NCBI GenBank assembly: GCA_023213395.1
Contig: CM041465.1
Coordinates: 120,287,741 to 120,351,740, forward strand
Source of the DNA: Cycas panzhihuaensis
Taxonomy: Eukaryota > Plantae > Cycadophyta
Direction of reading: 5' to 3'
Length of the DNA stretch: 64,000 nt
Positions 38,180-52,500 of the stretch are shown piece by piece (position 1 is the stretch's first letter; every line of letters begins with the position of its first letter). The notes beneath the pieces are model-generated. The model searched no databases, was not told the DNA's origin, and saw only the letters and a list, made by a program, of their open reading frames with translations. Both the position numbers and the translations under genes were made by a program.

Positions 38180-41100
38180 TGAAAAAACTTGAATCATGTA
38201 TGTATTCTGAACTATAAGATCTTGATTATACATAATAAGAAAATATTAAAGAGCACATGTATATGGTACACAAGATTTACATGGGAAATTTTTTCAGAAA
38301 AAAATCTATGACAAAAGTTCAATAGACCACATTAATAATATTTGGATTAATTTACAATGGACTCTAGGGTTATTTATAATATTTCAAACGATACATCCAA
38401 CTCATTGTCTATGATGTTTTGAAATATTCACACATTTTGGATTTTCATCAACTAATTCACATTTAACATTAACCATGTAATTTGCCTTTAATTGACATGC
38501 TAATATCTCCCTTTAATGTAAATGTGGGGATTCAATTTGCAGTTTGATATCACTAATGAATGTTGAAATTATCCTTACTGATACATCCCCTCTCAAAGAT
38601 ATCGTCTCTGATTCTCAATTCAATCTTAATTTTGGTGAATTGATTTTTAGCAAGTACTTTGGTAAACATAACCACAAATTGCATCTTACTCAAACGAAAG
38701 TCAATCCACAACTTCCTTGCTTTGATCTATTCATGTATATAATAGTGTTGGATTTCAACATGATTTGCATGTGTATGAAACTTTAGATTCTTTGATAAAC
38801 AAATAATGCTTTGGTTATCGATTGAAATAATCAAGGTATTACTAGGTATACTAAAAATATCCAACAACCCTTATAACAATACAACTTCTCTTGCATCAAC
38901 AATGAGTTCCTGACACTTTGATTCTATAGAAGATAGTGTTATTCTCTATTATTTCTTTAATTGTCATGATACAAATCCATTGCTAATATCAAGTACATAT
39001 CTAACAAGAGATTTCTTGTTATTAGAGTTTTCTCCCGAATTTACGTTAGTGTATCCATGCAATTTTATATCTCTACCACAAAGATATTTTAGATTAAGAT
39101 TAAAACTTCCCTTCGAATATCTCAGAATTCAGTTTGCTACAACCCAATATGGCTCCTTTGGACTTTGCATGTAACAAGAGACTAATCCAATAGCATAAAT
39201 AATATTTGGCCTAATATGAGTCAAATAAATAAGACACCCTACTAATTGTTTGTACAACATTGCATTATAACAAGGTTCTTCATATCTTTTAAGAGCTTTG
39301 TGCTTTTGGTACATGGTATTTTAACAGATTTGTAGACTTCCATCTTGAATTTTTTAAGCATACTGTTTGTATATTTTGTTTGTAACACTAGAATTTTATC
39401 TTCCATTTGTATTGCCTCAATGCCTATAAAGTAGTGTAGAGTCTTGAGATTTGTCATGTCAATAAGTCACTTCCAAATTAGATTTTATTTTCATAATAGC
39501 TTTATAATAGTTGTGAATAAATCATCAATGTACAACACAATAACTACTATTAAATTTCCTCTCATTGAAATATACAAATTTGACTCTAGACTTATGGTGA
39601 TAAATCCTTCTTCCTTCAATCTAGATTCTTGCTTTAGGCCATATAGTAACTTTTTTAAATGACACATAAAATACTTATCATTCCTTAGTGAAACAAAGAG
39701 GTTATGCTATTTATATCTCATCTTTCAACTCTCCATTAAGAAATGTTGATTTCACATCCATTTGATGAGGGTCTAAATTATATTTTGCTACTAATGAAAG
39801 GATCAAATAGACCATTGTCATTTTGGATATTAAGGCAAATGTCTCATCATAATTGGTTATTTCTTTCTGTTTAAACCTTTGTGCAATAAGTTTTGCCTTG
39901 TACTTGTCCACCTCACTGTCAAAGCAAAATTTGGTCAAATAGACCCACGTTTTCTTAAGAAGCAAAAGAACTAACTCCCATATTACATTTATGATGAGAA
40001 AACCAAATTCCTCCTCTATGACAACCCTCCAATGAGGATCATCTTTAGCTTCATCATATGAAGTAGGGTCTTAAGAGTTCATCGTGTTCACCACCAGAGT
40101 ATGATTGGCATGTTGGCTTCTCATTCTTCATTTATCTATAAGGTTTTGTAACATCACACCAAATCTTCAATGGTCTTCTTTGCATATAACAACATCAAAA
40201 CACCCAATATTATAGGTGCCTCCACATATGATGGCTCCTCATTATTATGTTCTTTATTTGATTCTTCTTACCCCTCAATCACAATGCTTGGTTCTTCATC
40301 ATTTGCAACTGATAAAGCACCAACAGGAAATGGAAGTAGCGGAGAGTAAAACATCTTTTTAGATGAGGCCTTTTCAACATGATACACCATAGATTTATCA
40401 AATGTTGCATCTCAACTAATCAAAAGTTTTCTTCTCTGTAGATCCCACATTCTATAAGCTTTGTTATAATCTGAATACCCCATAAATGTACACTTTTGAC
40501 TCTTGCAATCCAACTTTTTATAATATTATCTCAAATGTGTGCAGATGCAATGCACTCAAAGGTCTTCAAATGGTCAATGGTAGGTTTTCATCCAGTCCAA
40601 TTTTCTTCGAGAGCCATGCCACAAATTACTTTTGTTAGTACCTTATATAGGATAGGATATAAACGACAATTTTAATAACTTTTGATCAAAATCTAAGTGT
40701 GAGTTTTATCACATGTACCATTCACATTGTTATTTCCATCATAATATTGGTTTTTTTTCCCCTCAATCAGATCGCTTTGGTGTGGGGTGTATAGGACGGT
40801 TAGTTTCCATTTAATATCATGATCTAAGTAGAACTAATTGAAGGCACAATTATTGTACTTGCCATTATTATTCATCAAAATTTTGACTTTCGTACCACAT
40901 TCATTCTCAACACATACCTTCTATTCTCAATAGTAGTTGAACACTTCAAACTTACTCTTCAAGAAACATACCCAAGTCTTTTTAGTATAGTCATCTACAA
41001 GCATCAATGTATAATGAGCTCTAAAGACGAAAGGGTTTGAGATTTGACCCATCAAATTAGAATCCATAAGATTTAGCTTCTCCTTGGCTCTCAAAGCATG

Positions 41101-43644
41101 ATACTAAGCAAAATAACAATGATGATACTTCATGTATATGCACGCTTTACATACAACCATTGAACAAGAAACATGGGGTAATCCTTCCACCATTTTTCGT
41201 CGATCCATAAATGTAATGCTTTTATAGTTAAGGTGACCAAGGCATTTATGCCATAGTTTACTCACACAATCTGTGCTAGCTATAAAGGCATAAGTTTGAT
41301 CCTAGGACTGAAACTTTTCAAACACCAAAAAATTATTCCTCACTTTTCTAGTAGCAATGATAAATAAATTCTATTTTAAATCATTAACTAAATATTTATT
41401 TTTATAGAGCTCAATCTTTACATCTTATTTGCATATCCCTCAAGCTAATAGAAGATTCATTTTCATTTTAAGTAGGTAATACACATCCTTAAATTTGCCT
41501 CTTGTAAGTGAAATAATGCTAAAATGTTCAATAAGTAACACACTCGCATATGCAAGAATGATTTTTGCTTCATTAGGACCAACATTCCATGCATCAAAGT
41601 TCTTATTCTAAAACGAAATATGTTTCTATGCTCTTAAGTTAAAAATCTAATAGTCTATCCGATTTTATTCAATTGATAAAGTTGACACTTTTGCAAATAA
41701 GTTACAATACCATTTTCCTTATTATCCTAATCTGCTTTGCATTTGTCCCACCTTTTGAATTAATAATTTATTTTTTTGTGGCCATTTATCTTGTAGTAAT
41801 TATATTTTCCCATAAACGTTTTCTTCTTCTAAGATATTTCTCTTAATTTTTATGTATACTTCTTTTCCTGAATACCATCCCTTCTTAATGTCTTTATGAG
41901 CAAGGCTTGATTGGATTTGAAATTGCTAAGCAAACCATGGTTCTTTAACTTGGCATCCTTGTATGGAATGAAACTTTATAGCTTCTTAAATGATTCACTG
42001 TCTATTACTTCATCTCTTGCATACATGGTCTAAAAGATTTCAAATGCTGCTAGTGATTTTAACATAATTAATGAAAATAACAATGCATCATTAATTAATG
42101 CAGACTTTATTTCCTTTGATTTGTTCCTCAAATCCATTATTTTGTTCAAATAGGGAGCTATGTTACTTTCATCTTCTATTGTTGCATTAAGAAGTTCTAT
42201 CATCAAAGCAACAAAGTGATTTGCCTTTTTCTTTTTAAACATCTCTCACAATTTTGTTTAAATTTCATTTAGTTTATCCATGTTGTGGACTATGACCCTC
42301 TAGTATAATGTCAAGACATAGTTTCAATAGTCCAACAACCCATACACTACTCCTCCTCTTAATGGGTTCTCTTATTTTTATCCAACTAAATGGGAAACAA
42401 CTTATATTTGGTTTAACATTAATATCAACTCCATATTATCCTGCCACTCACTAAAATTATTTCCATTTAAAATAACTTAAGGAATCATCCTCTCCATCAT
42501 GATAAATAAGCTTATAAATGAGTTGTTTTCACCAAACTATTTGACGTTTAGCCAACTGCATAACACCCTATACACAACTCAACTTTCGTTCACTACAAAT
42601 TCATCAAAAAATGCACTATTTAATGGTTAAAAATTAGATCTTCAACATTATTAAACTCGTATTGGCTTAGGGTTTAATGTTTTTATACCCTCTATAAATG
42701 GGCCACTAACACATCAACATCCCTTCAAAAATTGCTTTAAATGACAAAAATAAAATACAAGTAGCAATAATGGCATCAAGAATAACAAGTCTATTTTTTT
42801 CTTTATTCATACAAAAATTCTATAGTTTGGCTTGAAATGACAAATCACAAGTCGTAAACACCAATGTGATCAATGCAATGGTCTCACCCTTCAAATATAT
42901 TTCAAATTTTAAAATGGAGTCAAAAGGTATATGCCAAAAAATAAGCAACTACCTTGTATCACCGACATGTCTTTATTTATTTCATGTGACTTTAAAAATC
43001 CAGTAAAAAAATTAATATAATAAAATAAAGTTTATATTAAGGTTTTCTAACCTTAATATATAAATAGAGGCACACAGAATATCGTATGGTAGCTCCACAA
43101 AGGATGACAACTAGAAACTTAATATACACATCCTCATGTGACTTCTTGAAGCACCTCCTTACAAGTACTCAACTTAAATAGCTTCTAAATTGACATCATG
43201 ACATGACAAAGATGACATAACATGTTATTTGACCATTAATAAGCCACACAAAGTAGTATACATAAAACACAACTCTTAATCGTAGCTTGAGCTATATACA
43301 TTTGTTCAATTCTAATACCATGTGAGGAAATATGAACCATTCATGTATTCTAAATTGTAAGATCTTGGTTATACACAATAAAAAAACATTAAAGAACACA
43401 TATAGTATATAAGATTTGCATTGAAAATCTTTTTGGGAAAAAAAACACTATAAAATATTAATAGATCACATTGATGATATTTGGATGAACTTATAATGGA
43501 CTTTAGGGCTATTTATAATCCCCCAAGTAATACACCCAACCGATTGTCTATGACTCTCTAAAATATTCATACATTTTGGTCTTGCATTAACTAATCCATA
43601 TTTAACATTAACCATGTGGCTTAGCATTAATTACCACACTAATA
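38180..43644 (-). mobile_element. Full-length decayed Ty1/Copia retrotransposon
   Basis: LTRs 38180-38505 and 43323-43644 align; PBS 43310-43320; PPT 38506-38515; near-TSD AAGAG/AGGAG; order gag-PR-INT-RT-RH (KYKAKLIA, HQMDVKSTFLNG, YKQLVGCLIYLTHIRPNI). Confidence 0.93.
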
Positions 43645-43902
43645 AGGAGGAAACTTACTCAACCCTCAGGGAGACTTATTCAACTGTCACAAGATGTAGG
43701 GACTCACTCAACCTAAGTTTCTATCAAAATATAAATAGAGGGAACTCACTCAACTATCATAGGAAGTGGGGGCTTATTCAACACAAGTTCCTACCACAAT
43801 TATAGAGAGGGCTTACTCAACCTTCTAAGGAAGTGAGGACTCACTCAACCCAAGTTCCTTCATAACAATGATAACTAAAACATAGGGGACTCACTTAAAC
43901 CC
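43645..43902. repeat. Array of about 8 GGGACTYACTCAAC motifs with variable spacers, probably LTR sub-repeats
   Basis: Motif recurs every ~20-45 bp, and the spacers are partly related to each other. Confidence 0.8.
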
Positions 43903-46719
43903 ATCTTAATACTATGATTTAGCACTAATAAATAGTTCAATAAGATTGAAGTAATAAATCATATACATGTTGATGATACTAACTAATCAAGTTCCTTGTA
44001 TGGGATGGTAGAATTCACCAAAAGATGCAAACCTTATTGAATGATCTCTTTTAGATTTGTATTTCTATGCTACAGAGCCTCATGTGAGTTAGATAATACG
44101 TAGCTAACACTTAAATTGTAACTAAGATAGTTTTTCCAATATCTTTCTTGAACTCAATAATAAGTTCCTTGAAGAAATAACATTGACCAAAATATCTTCC
44201 TACAAAATAAAGGGTGTGATTTTGACCTATTAGCTCATAATATCTCTTATTACAACCATGGATAATTCATAAAAGTCTTATCAATATATTTGGACACCTC
44301 TTGTCTGCCATGTCACTAAAAATGAGACCTAAAATCCAAATTTAGGTCCTTCAAAATATATTTGGTTACTCCCTTGATTTTTTACAGAACCTGCCCTTGC
44401 ATGCCAAACTCCTCTAGAATCAAAACATAAGAAAAGATTCTAAAAGGATGCCATTTTTCTTACAATTCCTAAGATAAATCTCTTATTTAGGGATGGTTCA
44501 GTTCATTATCATTAATTATATTAAGGCTAAGTGGAGAATCTAAACTATAGCAACTATAATAATGCACATTACAGCTACAAAAGTGTTCACAATAATTACT
44601 ATTAGAGTAGTTATCAACTACCCACTATATACATTTACCAAAAATATCTTCATATAAGAAGTTTTTTAGTACCCCCTATCTATCCAGGTGTTTAGATGGC
44701 TTTAATACTATCCCAATAATGCTAATTTGACATAATTTTATAAAACTTTAAATTTTGTTAACAGTTTTTTACACCACTACATTATAATTTTTCATATTTC
44801 AGGATAATGGGCACACCATACAAGTGTGTATAATTAAATTTACTTGTATTGGGGTGAGCACCTTTAAATAAGGATTCCAATATAGTTGGAATAATCCAAA
44901 TCAAACTTCAAATGAGTGAGATACACTGAAATAACAAAAAACTATTTAGAGTGATTTTTCATTTAATTGAGTAAATTCTATGAGAAAACATAAAAATATC
45001 AACTTAAATATTTGTTGGACATAAGATATTTTTTCATAGATGGATATTCCTTCCAAAGAGCTTTGAATTGATAGGTGGAGTATAACATATGACTAAGCAT
45101 TGAGAGAGTTATATCCATTTTCATACAATGTAGTTTTTGAATCATTTTTTCTATGAAAACTTCTTTTCTATGATTCGCAGTGTGAAATTGTGATGTTTCT
45201 ACAAAAATATAGTTTAGAAGCCCAACTTCAAATGGCCATAACTTCATCATTCAATGTCTAGTTTAAAAGTTTCACCTGTTGTTATAAAACTCTCAACATG
45301 CTCTTCATTATATAATAATTATTCAAGACTAAAAAAATATTTAAGATAATATTTTATTTTTTCAAACCTACCAACTTGATGAGTTTTAAAAATTTTATAA
45401 CTACCGAGGTTTAAACCTTGTAACTTTAAACTCTAAAAACTTTCCCATATGGTATCCATTTAAGACTTCCACTACTTGATAGAAAACTCTTAGTGCCTTT
45501 TTTATGTGGAGTGAAATTCAGAATCTAATTTTAAAGAACAAAATAAAAAATTATTATAGAACATGCCCTTCAAGTATGAATTTACCCTTTAATAAATTAT
45601 TTTCCAATCATTTTTGTAACTTCAAACTTGTATATATTTTCCATCTAATGTCTATCTTAAGATTGTCACTAGTTGTTGGAATGTTAAAAACTTGTTCTTT
45701 CACTTTATGGAATCATTCTTTATAAATTATATTCTAGTCAATTGAACTCTTGTATCTCAAGGATGTTATGTAGATCTATATACCTAACACCTACCGTTAG
45801 ATTTATTTTTTCCCTCAATTATTCCCTCATTATATCATGTGCTCCCTCGTATGTACTACTAATTTGAGCACTTAGGTTGCTTTTGTATTATGTAAGCAAC
45901 AAATAATATAAAAATTACATTGATCAAGGTACTAGTAGAAAAAATCTAACACCTTATATTTGAATATAACAACCCAACCCAACACACTAAGTCTTCTAAT
46001 AAATTAAAAATGGTACATCTTAACACCTAGTGGTGCATGGAATAAATTTCCACTTTATATAGGATGAGAAAAGCTATAAAATGAAGAGAATTTACATTTA
46101 AGAAAGCTATGAAATGAGGAAGAATTTTATAAATATTCTACTCTTTAAAAATAGATTTGAAAAAATAACAAGAAGCTAAAAAAGTGAGATCAAATTATTG
46201 GGGGGATTTTTGATTAAAAAGGGCCACTATTAAGAGGGCACTCTAATTGTATCTTTACTTTAGAGTTAAAGGATGCTATAACAACATAGAGCTTAAAAGA
46301 GCAAGAGAACACTATAGTGTGAAATCTTAATTAAAAAGGGTGAGGGCACTCTATTGGATTTCTACTTTGGAATTCAATAATGCTATAACAACAGAAATAA
46401 ATAAAAAAAAGAGAATGCTATGAAATAAAGAAGATTAAGCCACTACAAGAGAGGAAATAAAACACTAAAATAAAAAATCCTATTGTATGACTAGAAAGGT
46501 TTTTCTATAAAACGTGAGGAAAGAAGGGTCACTATTGAATTGGATTTAAACTATGTGATTAAAAAGACATTAAATTATATTATGTGAAACTAAAGAGATT
46601 AATCATTTAAAATAATATCATCTAAGGAGGATAAAAGATCAAGTTGATTTAGGGTCAACTCCTTATATCTCCATCCCCTTTACAAAAGCACCATCTCAAA
46701 TGTGGTTTCACCCTGCTAT

Positions 46720-46886
46720 AAACAAATATGGTACTATTGTTATATGTCATTTTTCAGCTCCCACATAGATTCTTCTGGAGTTAAGTACATCCACTTCACT
46801 TTTATTTACTTTATGCATTTATTTCACAACACTTTTTCTTTTCTATCTAGGATCTTTATAAGTTCTTCTTTAAAGTCAAGGTTTGG
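46720..46886 (-). pseudogene. Tekay/Del-type integrase chromodomain
   Basis: PNLDFKEELIKILDRKEKVL*NKCIK*IKVKWMYLTPEESMWE. Confidence 0.85.
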
Positions 46887-47261
46887 TCCTTACATAAAGT
46901 ATGCACCTGCACATTCTTTAGATGATCGTCTAAGAGACCATCCATACTCTAGTTCAATTTGCTAGAAATTTCACTAGCAATAATTGTTATTATTATTTGA
47001 AACTAACTTATTCCTTAAATTTGTGAGATACTTAATCCTTTTCCTATCATGAATTAATATCTCTAGTCAAATTATTATCAGAAACTAAAGTATCCTTTGT
47101 AATTCTTCATGATAAAGAATTTAAACAAATATCAATCTCATGATTAAACAAGGTATTGTTGTTGTTTCCACTAGTTTCAATTACTATCTTAAACTCTATG
47201 GCTTTATCATTATTTAAAACTTGACTTTAAGAATCATAATACTATTGAAATTAGCAGTGCA

Positions 47262-48324
47262 AGGTCTAAATTTAGCATAACTAATTACTAAATAATTAGC
47301 TATCCAACTTATTATTTATAAGCCAATAGGCATATCAAATATTTGTATTATTCCATCCATTATAGAAGCTGCTAGAATCTTTCTATTATGGATAAAGCAA
47401 ATGGAAGTAACTTCTAGTGGATCCTCACCTAGATAGAGGATAATCAATGGTTTCTAAGCCTTTATATTTTACATTGTGGGAGATGTAAATCTCATACGCT
47501 AAATACCATTAGTGCCATGCCCTCTAAAGGATGTTATAGAGATAAAAATTTACTCCACTAAACTGTGCTTTAAATCTACAACATTTGGCAATGCTACACT
47601 GGTACTGAGATCACAAACAACTCATTTTGCATCTACATTCTATGCCTTAATGTCACTCTTTGTTGTTCTTATGAGTAACAAGGCATTTGACTCCCAATCA
47701 AGGGATATGATTTTAACATTATAATAAATTATTATATTTTGGGTTGTTAGAATTGATGAATCATATGTTTAAATACTAACAGTACCATCCATAAATACAT
47801 TTGTAATATTTTTGCCTATTATCCTATAAAATCTTCTTCTCTCTGTGTCTCACCATCTAGATCTTATTCAAAGCTTTCATGTAGCATTGCAATTTAATTT
47901 CTAATTGGTACTTCCCCTGACATTTTTCCTTCTGAGGGTGAAATCATTAATAGATTTTAAATGTTATTCTAATTCAGATACATATGATTCTGAAGCTTGG
48001 GTAGGATGATGACTTAACTACTTTTCAAGTACCTTCTAAAGTGAACTATAAGTGGAAACCAAAACAATTGGCTCTGAATCCTCCTATACCATTGAATTAT
48101 CTTATGCATGTATACCTTTAGTGATTGGCATTAAAATAGGTTCTTGAAAGTTTCTTAGTTCATCTAATTCGTTAACCATGATTATTGATGGCACAACATT
48201 CTTCAAGTATGAAAGTTTTACCTCCATAGTTTGTAATGAATTCCTTAGTTGAGAATATTAGAATGTAGTTGCTTTATCTTGAGCGTCTTAGAACTCACTA
48301 TCTAAAATCTTGATTTTAGTTGCC
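47262..48324 (-). pseudogene. WDR91: Intronless WD40-repeat host gene fragment, WDR91-like
   Basis: One frame ~47820-47262: GKNITNVFMDGTVSI*TYDSS...IISLDWESNALLLI...IKA*NVDAK*VVCDL...LGEDPLEVTSICFIHNRKILAASIMDGIIQIFDM. This matches plant WDR91 motifs as recalled (DGTVRIWTYD, IKAWNVDAKRVVCDL, LGEDPPAITSLCFNHNGKILA). An upstream coiled-coil-like segment lies near 48200-48320. Confidence 0.85.
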
Positions 48325-49574
48325 ATATCAACGTGTAACAAGCCTTCCACATTTGCCTTGCTTACCAATTGCATTTGGTGAAAAATACAGGCATATATAG
48401 CTTTGATATTTTGTCAAATCGTTTGTGTGCATCTCAAAACTCTTCCCAAATAAGTAATGCTTCCATACCTTAAGTGCATGCACAACTATTATAAATAGGC
48501 CAAAGTTTTTTCCACACTAAAGTGGCCTGCTACTTGGGAATGATAAGCTTCCTGGATAAGCATAAGTCTATGACTACCTTTAGAAGGTACACAAATCTTA
48601 TATAACTTGTATAAGATGTCATCCTTCATATGAAAATATGTATGCTCTCTTTTCTTGTTTGGAACCATAGAAATTGCTCCCTTTATGCTTCATAAAAATT
48701 AGAATCATTAATATACAAGAAATCTAATCATCAAATATAGAGTACTTGGTATGAATGACATATAACATTGCATTTGCTAATTAGGTCAAGAAAATTATAG
48801 CTTTATTTATGGAACTTTTCTTGCATTTGATCACAAGATTAAACTACTACAAGTATGTGATTGACTTGACATGTCTATTATTTTGCATTATTGGGATAAT
48901 GCCTACATTGTGGTTATTTCCTAAATCTTGGAGATGACACTTCTTTGGAATTTGTCAATGTTAGGCAGTGGTGGACCTTAAGAGGTGTGTCAAGCACTCT
49001 CAATCTCACTCATTTATCAATGGGGTCTAAATACCTTAGTATTCATCAACACCACCCTCACCATTAGATATATTTGTTCACTTCTTGTCTATGTCCTATT
49101 ATCCTCTGATTCTATCATTTGACATAAGAATAAAATTGGGTGATCATTTTTTTAATTCACCTATTCCTACCATTGTTGGTCTGTGGAGAGGCTATATTTA
49201 CTAGTAAGAGTGTACACATATTTATTTGCATAAGGCACAAGCATTCATTATTTGTGTAAGCATTGTTTAGCAAATGTTATAGTAGTTAAAAAGAGTGTCT
49301 ATTTAAAATCCCATCATATCATTTTACATGATTATACCTGTATACATCTCGTCTCCATTTATATCTAACTTACCTCTAGTTCTCAATATTGATTCAACCT
49401 CCAAGTCTTTATTTTGGTTTTCCTAATTATAATTATATTTATAGGCCATTGTGTGTCTATTTGAGTATGCGTTTTGAATCTATGTATTAATAATAAGTAT
49501 ATGGTGTGTATGCTTGTTGAACACTTTAAAGCTTCATCACACATGCTTTGTATTATGTATTGGCATGTCTTATC

Positions 49575-52500
49575 TGAATAATGTAATGGAGACGAGAGTG
49601 GAGTAATGAACATATAAATCAATCCATATTGATACTCAAATGCATATTCAAATCATTGTATTCAATCTATATTGATAAAAAAAATAATAAGTTTATAATA
49701 GTGTTGGTGTTAAAGAACATCAGGGGTTTTGGCCCCAAAGATTATATATTTAGAAGGCAAGTGGGAGCCTGCCTTAACCTAAATTCAAAATAATATAAAA
49801 AATAAACAACTTACAATAGAATAATATTGCCTTAATAGCTAGTGTGACTTACATGGTCCTAAGGAAGTAATGAACATCAATCTTAACATTTTCCCCCTTA
49901 ATGTTTATTACATAGATCTTCAAACTTTTCTTTGAACTTATAATACTTGTACTTTATGAAAACTTTAACAGAGAGATTGAACACATATCCTTTAGCTTTG
50001 TTACCATCTTTAAAGTGATCATCAACTCGTATTAATGTCCTTGTGATGTAGTCTTCTTCAATAATGTATGGTTCACGATATTTATCTTCTTGATCTTTTA
50101 CCTTATAGGAGTCAACCAATCACGTCAAAGGTACACATAGTCTCATCAAATGTAATAATGTGATTATTAATTTTATTGGAGTCTTCAATAGTACATGCAA
50201 CATTAGCCATTTCAATAATATTCATATACTCTAACATCTGGCTCATATGAAAAGCATCATTAATATAGTTAGTTTTATTTAGTTCTAAAGTGTCTCCTCT
50301 ATAAACCAATTCCAAGGTATCCTATATAGATTTAGAAGTGGTTATTTCACTAACACTAGTGAAGATAGTATTATCTATTGTACAAAAAATTAAGGCTAAA
50401 ACTTCATGATCCTTTTTTAAATATTTTTTAAATATTTGTTCTTCCTCTAAAGTAGAATTGACACTTAAATCATGATAACTATTATTCATATAATTCCACA
50501 AAATTTTAGTGATAAAAAGTGTTTTCATCAAAATTTTCTAAGGTAAAAACTTAGTGCCATCTAATATGAGAATTATCATATCATCTAGATAGGTTGCCAT
50601 TATAAACATTATAATCTTATTAATCACATAAGATTCCTTTTAATATTTAATAAGAAAGCAATATTGAAATATGTAATAAATCTCCTTTCATATGATCTTT
50701 CAATAAGATTCTTTCTTAATCAATAAAAAGAAGGTAATTAGGCAATAAAATAAAAAATATATATCCTTAAAACAATACAAGATAAATGTTCTCTTTTGAA
50801 ATGAAAAAATTATACAATGAATAATCCTTTCAAAATGATATATGTGAACCTTAAAAGATAAATGCCTATGAAATGAGATTATAATTATACAATGTAATGC
50901 ATTTTATTTGAGCTTTTAAGTATAATAGAGATGGCCTTAAATTAACTTTAGATATGTTTTACTAATGGGCCAAAAAATAACTTGAAATATACATGAATTT
51001 ATAAATAAATGCCTTTTTAATCAATGGAAAGATAACTTAGTAATAAAAAGAAAGAATATCCTTTTAAATTAGATTCAATGAATGCTTTTACAAAATAACT
51101 TTCATAAGGATTCAAATAAACTTTAAAAGGGAAATGATCTAAAACAACTAAATACACCTTGAAATACTTTTGAGAGCTAAAATGGAGCAAAATGAGCCTT
51201 CTATTTGTTTCACTATATAGATGAAACCATTAAGAATAAATAAACAGTTAATATTCTTCTATATGAGCTCTTTTAATCTAAAGAAAAATGTAAGGTATGC
51301 TTATGAAAATAATCCTAAAATATGCTCATGTGTTTCACTTTAAATGCATATTGAAGTGAATATTTTAAAGAGGTAAAACTAACCTTAAATAAGCAGAAAA
51401 TATGCCTTAAAAGAGCTTTAGAATTAAATTTATAAGCTAAAAGATAAAGTAACAGCTTTAGAATATAGTTATAAGGAGTTTGAGTACACAAATTTAAAAC
51501 TTTTGTTTCCAACTGAGTTTTTTTTCTTTAAGAGGCCAAAGTAGGGCTAAATAGCTACAAAACTCAATTATGAGCCTCTAAAGTAGATAAAAAGTTATCA
51601 ATAACTGATTAACAGCTCAATAATAAATAAATATGCCAAGTTAGAATGAAAATTTACTTGAAATATTTAAAAATAAGCTAAATTAGGGTCAAACAGAAGC
51701 CTTAAATTCACTAGCATCAAAACCCTATAAAATAGTTTCAAATCTCATTAAAAATTACTTCAATGCATAGATAACTGAAATACCATTTCAACATGTCTAG
51801 TCCTTCAAAAAATAGATGCCTCGATCAAAAATTATAATGAAAATAGCATAAGGACCCTTTTATGGTAAATAAATTTAAAAAATGAGGGGTTATGCCCCTA
51901 AGACGAAAGGTCGCTAGTCACATAGGTGCTAATGTGACTAGTCGCTAGGGTCTAAAGGGGGTTACAAACTTGAAAATATATAAAATATGGTTAATCCCCT
52001 TAAAAATCAAAATTATAATCAAGAATTAATTTGGAATTAAAACCTAGCCCCTTAACATGAAAAATAAGGTCACATGGGGATATAATATGACCAAAAATTG
52101 ATGGCAAAGGGGGCTACACCAAAATTGCACCCACAGAACTCAAAATAAATCAAATTTAATTTAATTTTTATAAACTTTAGATAAAATATATAAATTTTCT
52201 TAGAAAAATAAATGCTCGTTAACGACGATAACCAAATGGAAAAAAATGCAACAAATCAATTAAAAAATAAATTGATTTAATTATTACAGGGGCGAGGAGA
52301 TTTGCTCTGAAAATATATATTAAGATATATAAAAAATATATTAAGAAATGATGAAAAATAAAATGAAAAATGAAAAAAAGTATCTGCCTACACGAATGCG
52401 ATCTAAACCCTGGGCGAGCATCTAAATAATGAGACATAGGGTGAAATCAAATATTTTGCTATTTGTTCTTAATACAAGATGGAAGAATGTAATTAGCTTT

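Larger units (their letters stand above)
43645..48900 (-). mobile_element. Chromovirus (Ty3/Gypsy) remnant: RH/INT fragments, captured host sequence, chromodomain, PPT and long 3' LTR
   Basis: RH end YL**FNLVIKCKK; INT Zn-finger EAYHSQVAGHFSVEKT; chromodomain at 46720-46886; PPT 46668-46681; LTR starting near 46667. The LTR probably continues left of the 38180 Copia. Confidence 0.7.

Noticed and set aside
43645-43902. CRISPR-like repeat-spacer appearance
   Set aside because: Eukaryotic TE context, short degenerate repeats, mutually related spacers of uneven length, and no cas genes.
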